Origin: an uncultured Pseudomonadota bacterium
GTDB lineage: Bacteria; Pseudomonadota; Alphaproteobacteria; JACZXZ01
Assembly: GCA_963749075.1 (NCBI GenBank)
Contig: CAVVLJ010000002.1
Location: 32,001 to 96,000 of the forward strand
DNA length: 64,000 bases
Reading direction: 5' to 3'
Shown: positions 36,868 to 47,411 of the stretch, in pieces
Layout: each line of letters opens with the position of its first letter
Position numbering within the stretch: position 1 is the stretch's first letter
Notes under the pieces: model-generated
Told to the model about the DNA's origin: nothing
Seen by the model: only the letters and a program-made list of their open reading frames with translations
Database searches by the model: none
Made by a program: the position numbers and the translations under genes

Positions 36868-38874
36868 CTATTCCGCCGCCGGCCGTTGAGAGGCGCGCAC
36901 TTGCGGGAACTCGCGGAGGATGGCCTCGAAGGCCTCCGTCACCTCGCGGCCGTCGCCGCTCCGGTGTTCCGGCGAGAGGCGCTCGAGGCTCTCGAAGATG
37001 CGGTGCTTGATGAAGTAGCGCCAATGGACCGGGAGCGATGCGAGGATGCCGGTGAGGGCCTCGTAGTTGGCGGGCGTCCACAGCCGCTCGAACTCGTCGC
37101 GCGCAGCGCCGTAGCCGTAATGGCCCTTGGGCTGGAGGGGGAGGAGCCGCTCGCGCTGGCGCCTTGTCGCCGCCTCGTCGACGCGGCCGTCGGCGATGAC
37201 GACGCCGTACTCGCTCTCCGCCGCCTCGCGCGAGACGAAGCCGCGCTCCACGTCGGCCAGCACGTCCTCGGCCGGGCGCTCGAGGGGCGAGCCCCAGCCG
37301 CCGGCGCCGCTCGAGGCGATGCGGATCACGTCGCCCGGGCTGACCGTGAGGATGTCGGTGTTGCCGAGGGCGACCTCGTGGTTGCTGCCCGGGTTGAGGA
37401 GGAAGACCGACGCCCCGCCCGCGTGCCCGCCGAGCACGCCCCAGGAGGTGAAGCGGCTGCGGTCGCGGTTGCGCGCGGTGATCCGCGTGCCGGGCGAGAA
37501 GACCTTGAACTCGAGGAGGCTGCCGAGCCCGCCGCGGTGGCGGCCGGCGCCGCCCGTATCCTGCGCCAGGCCGTAGCGCAGCACCTTGATCGGCACCTCG
37601 ACCTCGTTGATCTCGACGGGCGTGTTCTTGAGGAAGGAGGAGTTGGCGCCCGAGCCGTCGGCGCCGTCGGCGCGGGGGTCGCCGCCGGCACCGCCCATGA
37701 TCGGGTCGATCGAGGCGACGACGCGCCGGCCGCTGCGGTTGTCGATGGTGTTCACGTTCATGATCGGCCCGCCGCTCGACGGGTCCGCCGGCATGCGGTC
37801 GGGGGCGATCTGCGAGAAGGCGCCGAAGATGACGCCCTGGAGCCGCATACAGCTCAAGCTGCGCATGCCGACCGCGGCGGGGAATTTGGGATTGACGATG
37901 GTGCCCTCGGGCAGGATGCCCGTGCAGGGCCGCGCCAGGCCGGCGTTGAGGAGGATGGTGGGGTCGAGCGAATAGAGCGCATAGACGACCCCCACCATGA
38001 TCAGCACGTGGTGCGGATCGCCGCCCGTCGGCATGTTGAGCGAGGATTCGAGCTGCGGGTCGCTGCCGGTGAAGTCGAGCGACATGCTGTCGCCTCGGAT
38101 GGCGATCTTGAGCGCGATGCGGCAGGGCTTGCCGCCCACCGAATCCTCGTCGAGATAGTCGCTGAAGAAATACTCGCCGTCGGGGAGCGAGCGGATGATG
38201 TTGCGGCACTGCTGCTCGGCATAGTCGAGAAGGTCGCGGATGCCCTGGCGGAAGGTATGAACGCCGAACTTGGCGATCATCTCGTGGACCTTGCGCTCGC
38301 CGGTGTTCATGGCGGCGATCTGCGCCTTGAGATCGCCCCAGTTCTGCTCGGGCACGCGCACGTTGGCCCACATCACCTTGAGTATCTCGTGGTTGAGCAC
38401 GCCCTTCCGCGCGAGCTTGGTGGGCGGGATGCGGATGCCCTCCTGGTGCACCTCGGTGAGCGAGCGCGAGAGGCTCGCGGGCACGGCACCTCCCACGTCC
38501 GTGTTGTGGATGTGGCCGACCGCGAAGGCGACGATCTCGCCCGCGTGGAAGATCGGCTTCCAGAGATGGAGATCGGGCCCGTGGGTGCAGACGAAGCCGC
38601 TATAGGGGTCGTTCGTCATGCAGATGTCGCCTTCCTCGAATTCGGGGATCATCTTGATGACGTTTCCGTAGTCGAGGCAGACGAACCAGGTGGCACCCAG
38701 ATCCTTGGGTGCGGCGAAGGTGAGGCCCTCGGGCGTGGTGAGGCCGGTGGTGAAATCCTCGGTCTCCTTCACGAAGGTCGAGTGCGCCGTGCGGTAGAGC
38801 GTGTAGGCCATGCTCTCCGCCGCGGCGCGGCAGTGGTTGGCCAGGATCTGCAGCGTCACCTTGTCGATCGCCAT
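36868..38874 (-). CDS. Hydantoinase B/oxoprolinase family protein
   Basis: RTAHS.FVKE..DF, NDPY, HGPD, H..DVGG, QEGIRIPP, NTPVE..E, GGAGRHRGG. Confidence 0.93.
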   Translation of the reverse strand: MAIDKVTLQILANHCRAAAESMAYTLYRTAHSTFVKETEDFTTGLTTPEGLTFAAPKDLGATWFVCLDYGNVIKMIPEFEEGDICMTNDPYSGFVCTHGPDLHLWKPIFHAGEIVAFAVGHIHNTDVGGAVPASLSRSLTEVHQEGIRIPPTKLARKGVLNHEILKVMWANVRVPEQNWGDLKAQIAAMNTGERKVHEMIAKFGVHTFRQGIRDLLDYAEQQCRNIIRSLPDGEYFFSDYLDEDSVGGKPCRIALKIAIRGDSMSLDFTGSDPQLESSLNMPTGGDPHHVLIMVGVVYALYSLDPTILLNAGLARPCTGILPEGTIVNPKFPAAVGMRSLSCMRLQGVIFGAFSQIAPDRMPADPSSGGPIMNVNTIDNRSGRRVVASIDPIMGGAGGDPRADGADGSGANSSFLKNTPVEINEVEVPIKVLRYGLAQDTGGAGRHRGGLGSLLEFKVFSPGTRITARNRDRSRFTSWGVLGGHAGGASVFLLNPGSNHEVALGNTDILTVSPGDVIRIASSGAGGWGSPLERPAEDVLADVERGFVSREAAESEYGVVIADGRVDEAATRRQRERLLPLQPKGHYGYGAARDEFERLWTPANYEALTGILASLPVHWRYFIKHRIFESLERLSPEHRSGDGREVTEAFEAILREFPQVRASQRPAAE

Positions 38875-38897
38875 CGTGGGTTCTCCTCGTCCGTGGT

Positions 38898-39015
38898 CCC
38901 CCCTCCCCAACCCTCCCCCTCAAGGGGGGAGGGGGTGCAGTGGGGAGGGGGTTAAGGGATCGCGCGCCCCACATCTTTCCCCTCCCCCCTTGAGGGGGAG
39001 GGCAGGGTGGGGGGT
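38898..39015. repeat. REP-like doublet, family A, partly inside the hydantoinase A 3' end
   Basis: CCCTCCCCCTCAAGGGGGGAGGG and inverted CCCTCCCCCTTGAGGGGGAGGGCAGGGTGGGGG. Confidence 0.85.
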
Positions 39016-41051
39016 AAAGCTTCGAGCAGCAAGTTGCCGTACGCGTCGACGCGCACGTCGAAGCCGTCGGGAATGCAGGTCGTGCAGTCGTCCTGGGCGA
39101 TGACCGCGGGTCCGGCGAAACGCTGGCCGGCGAGCAGCGTTCGCCGCGCATAGAGCGGCACCGCTTCGCTCTTGCCGTCGTAATGGACCGCGACGGTCTT
39201 CTCGGGCTTGGGCGCCGCAGCGCTGGCGGCAAGCGGCTTGAACTCCGGCTTGGGGCTCGGACCTACGATGACGAGGCGCAGGTTGATGATCTGCGCCGCC
39301 GCCTCGCGGTCGCAATAGTCGTAGAGGCGCTCGTGCTCGCGGTGGAAGGCCTCGGCGATGCGCTGCCATTCGCCGCCCTCGATCCAGGCGGCCTCGAGCG
39401 GCGTCTCGATCTCGAAGGACTGGCCGCGGTAACGCATGTCGGCGCCATAGAGGAGCGTATAGGCGCCGGCGAAGCCCTGCTCGTCCCGGAGCCAGCGCAC
39501 GGCCTCTTGGAGGAGCTCCGCATAGCCGCGCTTCAGCTCCGGCATCACTGCCGGGCCGAGGTCGAGATAGACCGTCTTGATGAAGTCGTTCTTCACGTCG
39601 GCGATGAGGCCGCCGAAGGCGCTCAAGACGCCAGGCGTCGTCGGGATCACCACGCTCGCGATGCCGAGCTCGCGGGCGAGGAAGGCGGCGAGCATGGGAC
39701 CGGCGCCGCCGAAGGCGAGGAGGGCGAAGTCGCGCGGGTCGACGCCGTAGCGCGAGACGAGCTTGGAGACCTCGACGAAGGTGCCCGAGATCGCCACCCG
39801 GATGATCGCCGCCGCCGCCTCCTCGAGGCCGAGCGAGAGCCGCTCGGCGATGGTGCCGACCGCCTCCCTGGCCTTCTCGAGATCGATGCGCACCGCATTG
39901 TAGCCGAGCTCGCCCTGGCCGATGAAACCGCACACGGCGAAGGCGTCGGTGATGGTGGGGCGCACGCCGCCCTTGCCGTAGCAGGCCGGGCCCGGGGTCG
40001 AGCCGGCGCTCTCGGGTCCCACCTTGAGCACGCCGAGCGCATCGACCCAGGCGATCGAGCCGCCGCCCTCGCCCACGGAGGTGACCGAGACCGTCGGGAT
40101 GAAGATGGGGAAGTCGCCCACCTGCTCGCCGATGCCGTATTGCGGCTGGCCGTCGATGATGAGCGCCATGTCGGCGCTGGTGCCGCCGATGTCGAGGCTC
40201 ATGACGTTCTTGAGGCCGGCGAGGCGTGCTACGTGGCTGGCGCCGATGACGCCCGAGGCGGTGCCAGAGAGCAGCACCTGGACCGAGTGGCGCTTGGCGA
40301 GCTCGGCGCCCATCACGCCGCCGTTCGATTTGGTGATGAGCGGTGCGGCCGCCACGCCGGCGCTCTTGAGCGCCTTCTGCAGCGAGCCGAGATAATGGGC
40401 GACGCGCGGCTGCACGTAGCCGCTCACCACCGCCGTCACCGTGCGCTCGTACTCGCGGATGATCGGCCAGATCTCGCTCGAGCAGCAGACGAAGAGGTCC
40501 GGCGAGGTGCGGGCGGCGATGGCCTTGACCGCCTCCTCGTGCGCCGGATTGCGGTAGGCATGGAGGAGGGCGATGACGACGCCCTCGGCACCCGCGGCCT
40601 CGGCCTTCTCGAGGGCGGCCTCGACGCTCGCCTCGTCGAGCGGCTCGTCGATCGAGCCGTCGGGTGCGATGCGGCCCTTGATCGGGAAGACGCGCTCGCG
40701 CGTGACGAGCGGGACGGGGCGGCGCGAGAAGAGATCGTAGGGATCGGGCATCTTGAGGCGCGCCAGCTCGAGCACGTCGCAGAAGCCCTCGGTCGCGAAG
40801 AGGCAGAGCCGGATGCCCTTCCTCTGGATGACCGTGTTGATGCCGACCGTGGTGCCGTGGGTGAAATAGGCGATCTCCTCGGGCTTAATGCCGAAGCGGC
40901 GGCCGATCTGGCGCACCCCCTCCATCACCTCCGAGCCCGGCTCTTGCGGCGTCGACAGCACCTTGAGCGAGTGGAGCTCGCCCGAGGCCTCGTCGAAGAC
41001 GCAGAAATCCGTGAAGGTGCCGCCGATGTCGACGCCGACGCGATAGGACAT
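38952..41051 (-). CDS. Hydantoinase A/oxoprolinase family protein
   Basis: GVDIGGTFTD, HGTT, REYER, LSG.ASG, DIGGTSAD, GPESAGSTPGPACY, FGGAG. Start could be GTG 41063. Confidence 0.95.
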   Translation of the reverse strand: MSYRVGVDIGGTFTDFCVFDEASGELHSLKVLSTPQEPGSEVMEGVRQIGRRFGIKPEEIAYFTHGTTVGINTVIQRKGIRLCLFATEGFCDVLELARLKMPDPYDLFSRRPVPLVTRERVFPIKGRIAPDGSIDEPLDEASVEAALEKAEAAGAEGVVIALLHAYRNPAHEEAVKAIAARTSPDLFVCCSSEIWPIIREYERTVTAVVSGYVQPRVAHYLGSLQKALKSAGVAAAPLITKSNGGVMGAELAKRHSVQVLLSGTASGVIGASHVARLAGLKNVMSLDIGGTSADMALIIDGQPQYGIGEQVGDFPIFIPTVSVTSVGEGGGSIAWVDALGVLKVGPESAGSTPGPACYGKGGVRPTITDAFAVCGFIGQGELGYNAVRIDLEKAREAVGTIAERLSLGLEEAAAAIIRVAISGTFVEVSKLVSRYGVDPRDFALLAFGGAGPMLAAFLARELGIASVVIPTTPGVLSAFGGLIADVKNDFIKTVYLDLGPAVMPELKRGYAELLQEAVRWLRDEQGFAGAYTLLYGADMRYRGQSFEIETPLEAAWIEGGEWQRIAEAFHREHERLYDYCDREAAAQIINLRLVIVGPSPKPEFKPLAASAAAPKPEKTVAVHYDGKSEAVPLYARRTLLAGQRFAGPAVIAQDDCTTCIPDGFDVRVDAYGNLLLEALPPTLPSPSRGEGKDVGRAIP

Positions 41052-41294
41052 GCCGCCATCCACTCTCAGTACCCGGACGCGCCGCCGCCCGTTCTTTCAG
41101 CGCCGCTCGGCCAGCCGTCTCTTGGCGAGAGGCTACCTGCGAACGCGGCGGGCGTCCAGCCGGCGCTTTGCGTGGATGGCACGGCATTGACTGTTCGCCG
41201 GTTTTCGCACCGCGCTTCCGGAATCAGCTCCCAAACGGACGCGAGCCCCGCGTCCAGCGAAGTCGCATTGACCCATTGCGGAAGTCGCGCTCTC

Positions 41295-42281
41295 TTATTC
41301 GATCACCTCATCGGCCTGGGCCAGCAGTATAGGCGGCACGGTAAGGCCAAGCGCCTTGGCAGTCTTCAGATTGACTACTGTCTCAAATTTCGTCGGCTGC
41401 TGGACCGGCAGATCAGCGGGTTTCTCGCCTTTGAGGATTCGTCCCGCGTAAATGCCAACCTGGCGATAGACAGCCGTAAGGCTGGTTCCATAGCTGGTCA
41501 GGCCGCCGGAAGCGGCGAATTCGCGCTCAAAGTAGATTGTGGGAATCGCATAGCGAGCGGCCAGCGCGATGAGCTGCGCGCGCCGGCTATCGAAGAACGG
41601 ATCGGCGCCGACGACGAGCGCGCCGGCATGCAGGTCGACGAGGGTCGCGAAGGCGGCGTCGATCTCGCTTTCGGTCCCCGCCTTCAGGATAGGGAGTTGC
41701 AGGCCCTTCGCGCGCGCCGCTTCCTGAGCGTCTCGGATCGTGGGCTCGGCTGTCGGACTGTTCGGGTTCACAAGTAGGGCGATCACCCTCGCCTGGGGAA
41801 CCAGTTCGGATAGCAGTTCGAGCCGCTTGGCCGTCAGTTGGACGAAGAGGATGCTCATGCCCGTGGCGTTGCCGCCCGGCCGGACGAGGCTGGCGACCAG
41901 CCCGGCGGCGACCGGGTCGGTGCCGACCTCAAAGACAATCGGGATCGTCGAGGTCGCATTTTTCGCCGCGCGGGCGGGAGAGGGCCCGAAGGCAGCGATC
42001 AAATCAACCTTGCGGCCGACGAGCTCGGCGGCCAACGCGGGCAACCGATCATAGTGACCCTCCGCGTAGCGGTACTCGATCGCGACGTTTTGTCCCTCGA
42101 CATAGCCGGTGTCACTTAGTCCCTGGAGGAATACGGCGGCAGTCGGTACATATCCTGGCGCCGCAAAGTGGAGGTAGCCGATCACCGGCATCGCCTTCTG
42201 CTGCGCGCGGGCCGCGAATGGCCACGTCGCCGCGCCGCCGAGCACGGATATAAATTCTCGCCTTCCGATGTCGAGTGCCAT
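41295..42281 (-). CDS. Solitary ABC_sub_bind-family substrate-binding protein
   Basis: [69 protein letters not shown]. Confidence 0.93.
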   Translation of the reverse strand: MALDIGRREFISVLGGAATWPFAARAQQKAMPVIGYLHFAAPGYVPTAAVFLQGLSDTGYVEGQNVAIEYRYAEGHYDRLPALAAELVGRKVDLIAAFGPSPARAAKNATSTIPIVFEVGTDPVAAGLVASLVRPGGNATGMSILFVQLTAKRLELLSELVPQARVIALLVNPNSPTAEPTIRDAQEAARAKGLQLPILKAGTESEIDAAFATLVDLHAGALVVGADPFFDSRRAQLIALAARYAIPTIYFEREFAASGGLTSYGTSLTAVYRQVGIYAGRILKGEKPADLPVQQPTKFETVVNLKTAKALGLTVPPILLAQADEVIE

Positions 42282-42576
42282 TTGACCCGTCCCCAATGGG
42301 ATCATGCCCTACGCAATGCCCGGAACAGTATCACGCCTCAAAATGGAGGTATGTGACCTATTTCACGGCTGCTTCGAGCGGCCGGGGGAATGTCTCTCGC
42401 TGGGGATAGTTTTTTGCGGTGCATGAGTCCGCAATTGGCACTTCTGCGAGATCCCGCGACGGATGCAGGTTGCCCGCTATCGGATTGGAGGCGAAAGGTC
42501 ACGGCTTGCCGCCGGTCCGGATTTGTGAGTTGACTGTCTATGTCGCACCACGGGGAGACGCGGGGACATCATCGCC

Positions 42577-43563
42577 ATGCAGTACCGCACGCTCGGCAAA
42601 AGCGGCCTCCAGGTGAGCCGCATCGCCCTCGGCGGCAACGCCTGGGGGGCCAAGGGCCGGCGCGGCTGGGGCGCCTATGACGCGGGCGAGAGCCGCCCCT
42701 TCATCAAGCGCGCGCTCGATTGCGGCATCACCTTCTTCGATACGGCCGACGCCTATAACGCGGGCGAGAGCGAGCGCATCCTCGGCGCCGCCCTTCTTTC
42801 CTACGTGCCGCGCGACGAAGTGGTGCTGGCGACCAAGGTCGGGTTGCCGATGAGCGAACGGCCGAACGGCGGGGGCGTCGGGCGCAAGCACCTCATCGCC
42901 GCGGTCGAGCAGTCGTTGCAGCGCCTCGGCACCGATTACGTGGACCTCCTCTATGTCCACCGCCTCGACGGGGTGACGCCGATCGCCGAGCTCATGGCGA
43001 CGCTCGACGAAATCGTGCGCGCGGGCAAGGCTCGCTACATCGGCGGCTCGACCATGGCGGCCTACAAGTTCGCCCAGATGATCCTCGCCGCGGACGCCTT
43101 TCGCCTGGCGCGGCCGATCGCCATGCAGAACCTCTACAACCTCGTGCAGCGCGAGGAGGAGGCCGAGATGCTGCCGCTCTGCGCCGAGGAGGGTGTGGGT
43201 GCGACACCCTATAGCCCGCTCGCGCGCGGCTTCCTCGGCGGCAACCGCAGCCGCGAGGGCGGGCTCGCGACCGAGCGCGCGCGCACGGACGATCGGGTGC
43301 GCGACATCTATCGCGCGGCGGACTACGACGTGCTCGATCGCGTCACCGCCGTCGCCAAGGCGCATGGTGCCAAGCCCGCCGCGGTGGCGCTCGCCTGGCT
43401 CCTGCAGCAGGAGGTGATCGCGGCACCCGTCGTCGGCGTGACCCGGCCCGAACATATCGACGACGCGGTGGCGGCCCTCGAGCTCAAGTTGGCAGCGGAG
43501 GAGATCGCCGCACTCGAGGCGCCTTACGTAGCGCGACCCGTGACGGGGCTGCGGGGAGCGTGA
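42577..43563 (+). CDS. Aldo/keto reductase
   Basis: MQYRTLGKSGLQVS, FFDTADAY, LATK, LGTDYVDLLYVHR, GKARYIG, YSPLARG. Confidence 0.95.
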   Translation: MQYRTLGKSGLQVSRIALGGNAWGAKGRRGWGAYDAGESRPFIKRALDCGITFFDTADAYNAGESERILGAALLSYVPRDEVVLATKVGLPMSERPNGGGVGRKHLIAAVEQSLQRLGTDYVDLLYVHRLDGVTPIAELMATLDEIVRAGKARYIGGSTMAAYKFAQMILAADAFRLARPIAMQNLYNLVQREEEAEMLPLCAEEGVGATPYSPLARGFLGGNRSREGGLATERARTDDRVRDIYRAADYDVLDRVTAVAKAHGAKPAAVALAWLLQQEVIAAPVVGVTRPEHIDDAVAALELKLAAEEIAALEAPYVARPVTGLRGA

Positions 43564-43596
43564 TAGAGTGCGGCAAAAGCGACGGGGAACGGCAAA

Positions 43597-44817
43597 ATGC
43601 TCGACACTGCGAAGCTGCTGCAAGCGGTCGACCGCAAGCAGGCGCTCGACTTCCTCGCCGCCATGGTGCGCCACAAGAGTTACAGCGGCACCGCGGGCGA
43701 GAGCGAGCTCGCGCGCTTCATGGTCGAGAGCATGCGCAAGGCCGGGCTCGAGGCCGAGCTCCAGGAGGTGGTGGACGGCCGCGCCAACGCCATCGGGCGG
43801 CTCAAGGGCACGGGCGGCGGACGCTCGCTCCTCTTCAACGGCCATATGGACACCAACCCCGCGACCGAGGGCTGGACCGTCGATCCCTGGGGCGGGCTCT
43901 ACGACAAGGATTTCATCTACGGCATCGGCGTCTCCAACATGAAGGCGGGCGACGCCGCCTATTTCTGCGCCGTGCGCACGCTCGTCGAGAGCGGCGTGCG
44001 CCTTAGGGGCGACGTGGTCCTCACCTTCGTGGTGGGCGAGCTCCAGGGCGGCATCGGCACCATCAAGGCGATCGAGAGCGGCCTGCGCGCCGACTATTTC
44101 ATCAATTCCGAGCCCACCGACCTCACCGGCTTGACGCTCCACGCCGGCGCCTTCGGCTTCCAGGTCGAGCTCGTCGGCATCACCCGCCATCTCTCCAAGC
44201 GCGAGGAGGCGGTCGACGCCATCATGGCGGCCTGCCGGCTGGTGCCGCGCATCGACGCCATCGCCTTCAGCGGCGCCGCCAACGCCGAGCACCAGTCGGT
44301 CAACCGCGCCCACGTGGGCGTGCTGCGCGCCTCGCTGTCGCCCGAGTTCCACGACTGGCGGCCGCCGCAGGTGGCGGACTATGCGCGCCTCGTGGGCTCC
44401 GCGCGCTATGCGCCGAGCCAGTCCGAGGCCGGCGTCATGGCCGACCTGCGCGGCCTCCTCGACGAGCTCGAGCGCGAGATGCCCGGGCTCAAGTGCCGGC
44501 TCTCGCGCGAGCACGCAGGCCTGCGGCCCGACATGCTGCCCTTCGAGGTGAAGCGCAGCTCGGCGATCGTCGAGGCGGTGAGCAAGTCCTACCGCGAGGT
44601 GCGCGGCGTGCCGCAGCCGCTCGGGGCGCTCCAGCCCTATTGCTACTACGGCACGGACGCGGCGCACCTTCTTCACCGCGCCAAGATGGAGGGCATCGTC
44701 TGCGGTCCCGGCGGGCGCTACAACACCATGCCCGACGAGCGGGTCGACGTGCCCGACTATCTCGACATGATCAAGATCTACATGCTCGCGATCCTGGAGA
44801 TCTGCGGAGCGGGCTGA
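43597..44817 (+). CDS. M20/ArgE/DapE-family metallopeptidase or deacylase
   Basis: FNGHMD, WTVDPWGG, G.GVSNMKAG, VVGE, NSEPT. Some usual metal ligands appear substituted. Confidence 0.88.
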   Translation: MLDTAKLLQAVDRKQALDFLAAMVRHKSYSGTAGESELARFMVESMRKAGLEAELQEVVDGRANAIGRLKGTGGGRSLLFNGHMDTNPATEGWTVDPWGGLYDKDFIYGIGVSNMKAGDAAYFCAVRTLVESGVRLRGDVVLTFVVGELQGGIGTIKAIESGLRADYFINSEPTDLTGLTLHAGAFGFQVELVGITRHLSKREEAVDAIMAACRLVPRIDAIAFSGAANAEHQSVNRAHVGVLRASLSPEFHDWRPPQVADYARLVGSARYAPSQSEAGVMADLRGLLDELEREMPGLKCRLSREHAGLRPDMLPFEVKRSSAIVEAVSKSYREVRGVPQPLGALQPYCYYGTDAAHLLHRAKMEGIVCGPGGRYNTMPDERVDVPDYLDMIKIYMLAILEICGAG

Positions 44818-44849
44818 AGCGTTACCGGCGGCGTTGAGGGAGACGGCAC

Positions 44850-46454
44850 ATGACGAAAATGCAGGCGCGGACAATTCTGCTCGGCCGCCGCGAATTCGGC
44901 GCCGGCCTCATTGCCGCAGGCTCGGCAGCGCTCCTGCTGCCCGCCATGGCGACGCGCAGCACCTTCGGCGAAGCCAAGGCGGGCGGCCGGCTCACGGTGG
45001 CGCTCTTCAAGGATCTGCGCACGCTCAACCCGATCACCGGCATCTTCGGCAACGAGTGGCGCGCGAACTGCAACCTCTACAACAACCTCACGCGCCTGAC
45101 CGCGCACGGCGGCGTCGAGGGCGACCTCGCCGAATTCTACGAGCCCGCGGCCGACGGCATGGCCTGGACCTTCGTGCTGCGCGACGGCGTCAAGTTCCAC
45201 GACGGCTCGCCGCTCGGCGCCGGCGACGTGGTCGACACCATCGAGAAGATACTCGATCCCAAGACGGCGGCTGCATACAGGGCCGAGCTCGGGCCCATCG
45301 CCGCCGCCAAGCCGACGGGCAAGCTCAGCGTGCGCATCGAGCTCTCCTCGCCCTATGCGGATCTGCCCAAGGCGCTCGCCAGCCCGACCGCGCGCATCAT
45401 CTCGGAGAAGGGCATCGCCGACTTCGCCTCGCTCGACGCCACCGTCCACGGCACCGGTCCCTTCACGCTCAAGGAGTTTGCGCCCAACGACCATGTGGTG
45501 ATGGAGCGCAACCCGAGCTATTTCCGCGCCGGGCGTCCCTTCCTCGACCGCGTCGTCTTCCGCGTGCTGCCCGAGGTCACGACGCAGACGGCCGCCCTCG
45601 AGAACCGCGAGGTCGACGCCATCGCCGACGTGGAGGCCAACACCTTCAAGCGCCTCGGCGCGATCAAGGGGGTGAACGCGACCCAGGTGGAGGGCGGCAC
45701 CTTCAACAGCATCGTGCTCTACGCCAACAAGCCGCCGTTCGACGATCCGCGTGCGCGCGCAGCACTCCGCCTCGCCATGGACCGCTCTGAGATGAGCGCC
45801 GCGATCACCGCCGGCGTCGGCACGCCGGCCGACGACCAGCCGGTCTCCGCGGCCTACGAGTACTTCGACAAGAGCATCCCCTTGCGCAAGCAGGACCTCG
45901 CCGAGGCGCGCCGGCTCATGAAGGAGGCCGGCCACGCCGACGGCTTCGAGCACAGGCTTGTGGTCTCCAACAGCCCCGCCTCGCGCGAGAAGACGGCCGT
46001 CGTCGTGCAGGCCATGGCGGAAGCGATCGGCATCCGCTTCAACATCGAGCTCATGGACAACGCGCGCTACGGCGCCACCATCTGGAACAAGGGGATCGAG
46101 TCCTACGTCGCCAACTACGGCACGCGGCCGACCGAGGACGCCATCCTCTCCAAGCTCTATTCGGCGAAGTACGGCATCGACGAGGGCCGCTGGTCGGGGA
46201 CCGCCCCGGGCAAGGAGTTCGAGGGGCTCATCGAGCAGGGCCGCCAGGTGACGGTCAGCGCCGGACGGCGCAAGCTCTACGACGAGATGCAGCGCACCGC
46301 GCGCGACGACGGTCCCTTCGTCATTCCCAATTTCTTCAACTCGCTGTTCGCGAGCTGGGGCTATGTGAACGACTGGCCGGCGCGCGCGATCAACACCGAG
46401 CTGCGCCTCGAGGACTGCTGGCTGTCGCCGGAGGCGCCCGGCCGCAAGGCCTGA
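44850..46454 (+). CDS. ABC substrate-binding protein, family 5 (Dpp/Opp-like)
   Basis: GRREF Tat-like motif, LRDGVKFHDG, GTGPF, PPFDDPRARAA. Confidence 0.93.
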   Translation: MTKMQARTILLGRREFGAGLIAAGSAALLLPAMATRSTFGEAKAGGRLTVALFKDLRTLNPITGIFGNEWRANCNLYNNLTRLTAHGGVEGDLAEFYEPAADGMAWTFVLRDGVKFHDGSPLGAGDVVDTIEKILDPKTAAAYRAELGPIAAAKPTGKLSVRIELSSPYADLPKALASPTARIISEKGIADFASLDATVHGTGPFTLKEFAPNDHVVMERNPSYFRAGRPFLDRVVFRVLPEVTTQTAALENREVDAIADVEANTFKRLGAIKGVNATQVEGGTFNSIVLYANKPPFDDPRARAALRLAMDRSEMSAAITAGVGTPADDQPVSAAYEYFDKSIPLRKQDLAEARRLMKEAGHADGFEHRLVVSNSPASREKTAVVVQAMAEAIGIRFNIELMDNARYGATIWNKGIESYVANYGTRPTEDAILSKLYSAKYGIDEGRWSGTAPGKEFEGLIEQGRQVTVSAGRRKLYDEMQRTARDDGPFVIPNFFNSLFASWGYVNDWPARAINTELRLEDCWLSPEAPGRKA

Positions 46455-46460
46455 GGGTCC

Positions 46461-47411
46461 ATGAGCCTCGCCTATCTGGCACGGCGTATCCTCTATGGCC
46501 TGATCTCGCTCGCGATCCTCGCGGCGATCGTCTTCGCCGCCACCCATCTCCTGCCGGGCGATGCCGCCTCGGCGATCCTCGGCGAGAGCGCCACGCCCGC
46601 GGCGTTGGCCGCCTTGCGCGCGCGGCTCGGCCTCGACCAGCCGCTCGTCGTGCAGTTCGCCCGCTGGACGGGCGGCATGCTCGCAGGCGACTTCGGCGTC
46701 TCGACCACGCTCAACCAGCCGGCCGCCCCCCTCATCGCCGAGCGCTTCCTCAATTCGCTCACGCTCGCGCTCGCGACCATCGCGGCCGCGGCAGCACTCG
46801 CCATCCCCCTCGGGGTGGTCGCGGCGGTCAGGCGCGGCGGCCGGATCGACGGCGCCATCCTCGCTGCGAGCTATCTCGGGGTCTCGATCCCCGATTTCGT
46901 CATCGCACCGATCCTCATCATCCTCTTCGCGAGCCCACCCTTGGCCCTCTTTCCCTCGAGCGGCTTCGTGGCGCCGGGCGCGTCGCTCGCCGGCTGGCTC
47001 GCCCACATCGTGCTGCCCGTGGCGGCGCTTACGGTCCTCTTGACCGCGCACCTCATGCGCCAGACGCGCTCGGGCATGCTCGAGGTGCTGGCGAGCGACT
47101 ATATCCGCACGGCGCGGCTCAAGGGCTTGCCCGAGGTCCTCGTGCTATGGCGCCACGGCCTGCGCAACGGCCTCGGCACCGCCTTGACCGTGCTCGCCCT
47201 CGACGTGGGCTATCTCATGGGCAGCATCGTCATCGTCGAGGAGATCTTCGCCTATCCCGGCCTCGGGCGGCTCATCGTCTATGCGGTCGCCAACCGCGAC
47301 ATCCCGCTCGTCGAGGATTCGGCACTCGTCATCGGCGCCGTCTATGTGGCGGCGAACCTGCTCGCCGATCTGGCGCATGCCGCCCTCAACCCGCGCGCGG
47401 CGCCGGCATGA
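46461..47411 (+). CDS. ABC permease, DppB-like
   Basis: LPGD, LGLDQP, DYIRTARLKGL, FAYPGLG, RDIP. Confidence 0.93.
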   Translation: MSLAYLARRILYGLISLAILAAIVFAATHLLPGDAASAILGESATPAALAALRARLGLDQPLVVQFARWTGGMLAGDFGVSTTLNQPAAPLIAERFLNSLTLALATIAAAAALAIPLGVVAAVRRGGRIDGAILAASYLGVSIPDFVIAPILIILFASPPLALFPSSGFVAPGASLAGWLAHIVLPVAALTVLLTAHLMRQTRSGMLEVLASDYIRTARLKGLPEVLVLWRHGLRNGLGTALTVLALDVGYLMGSIVIVEEIFAYPGLGRLIVYAVANRDIPLVEDSALVIGAVYVAANLLADLAHAALNPRAAPA

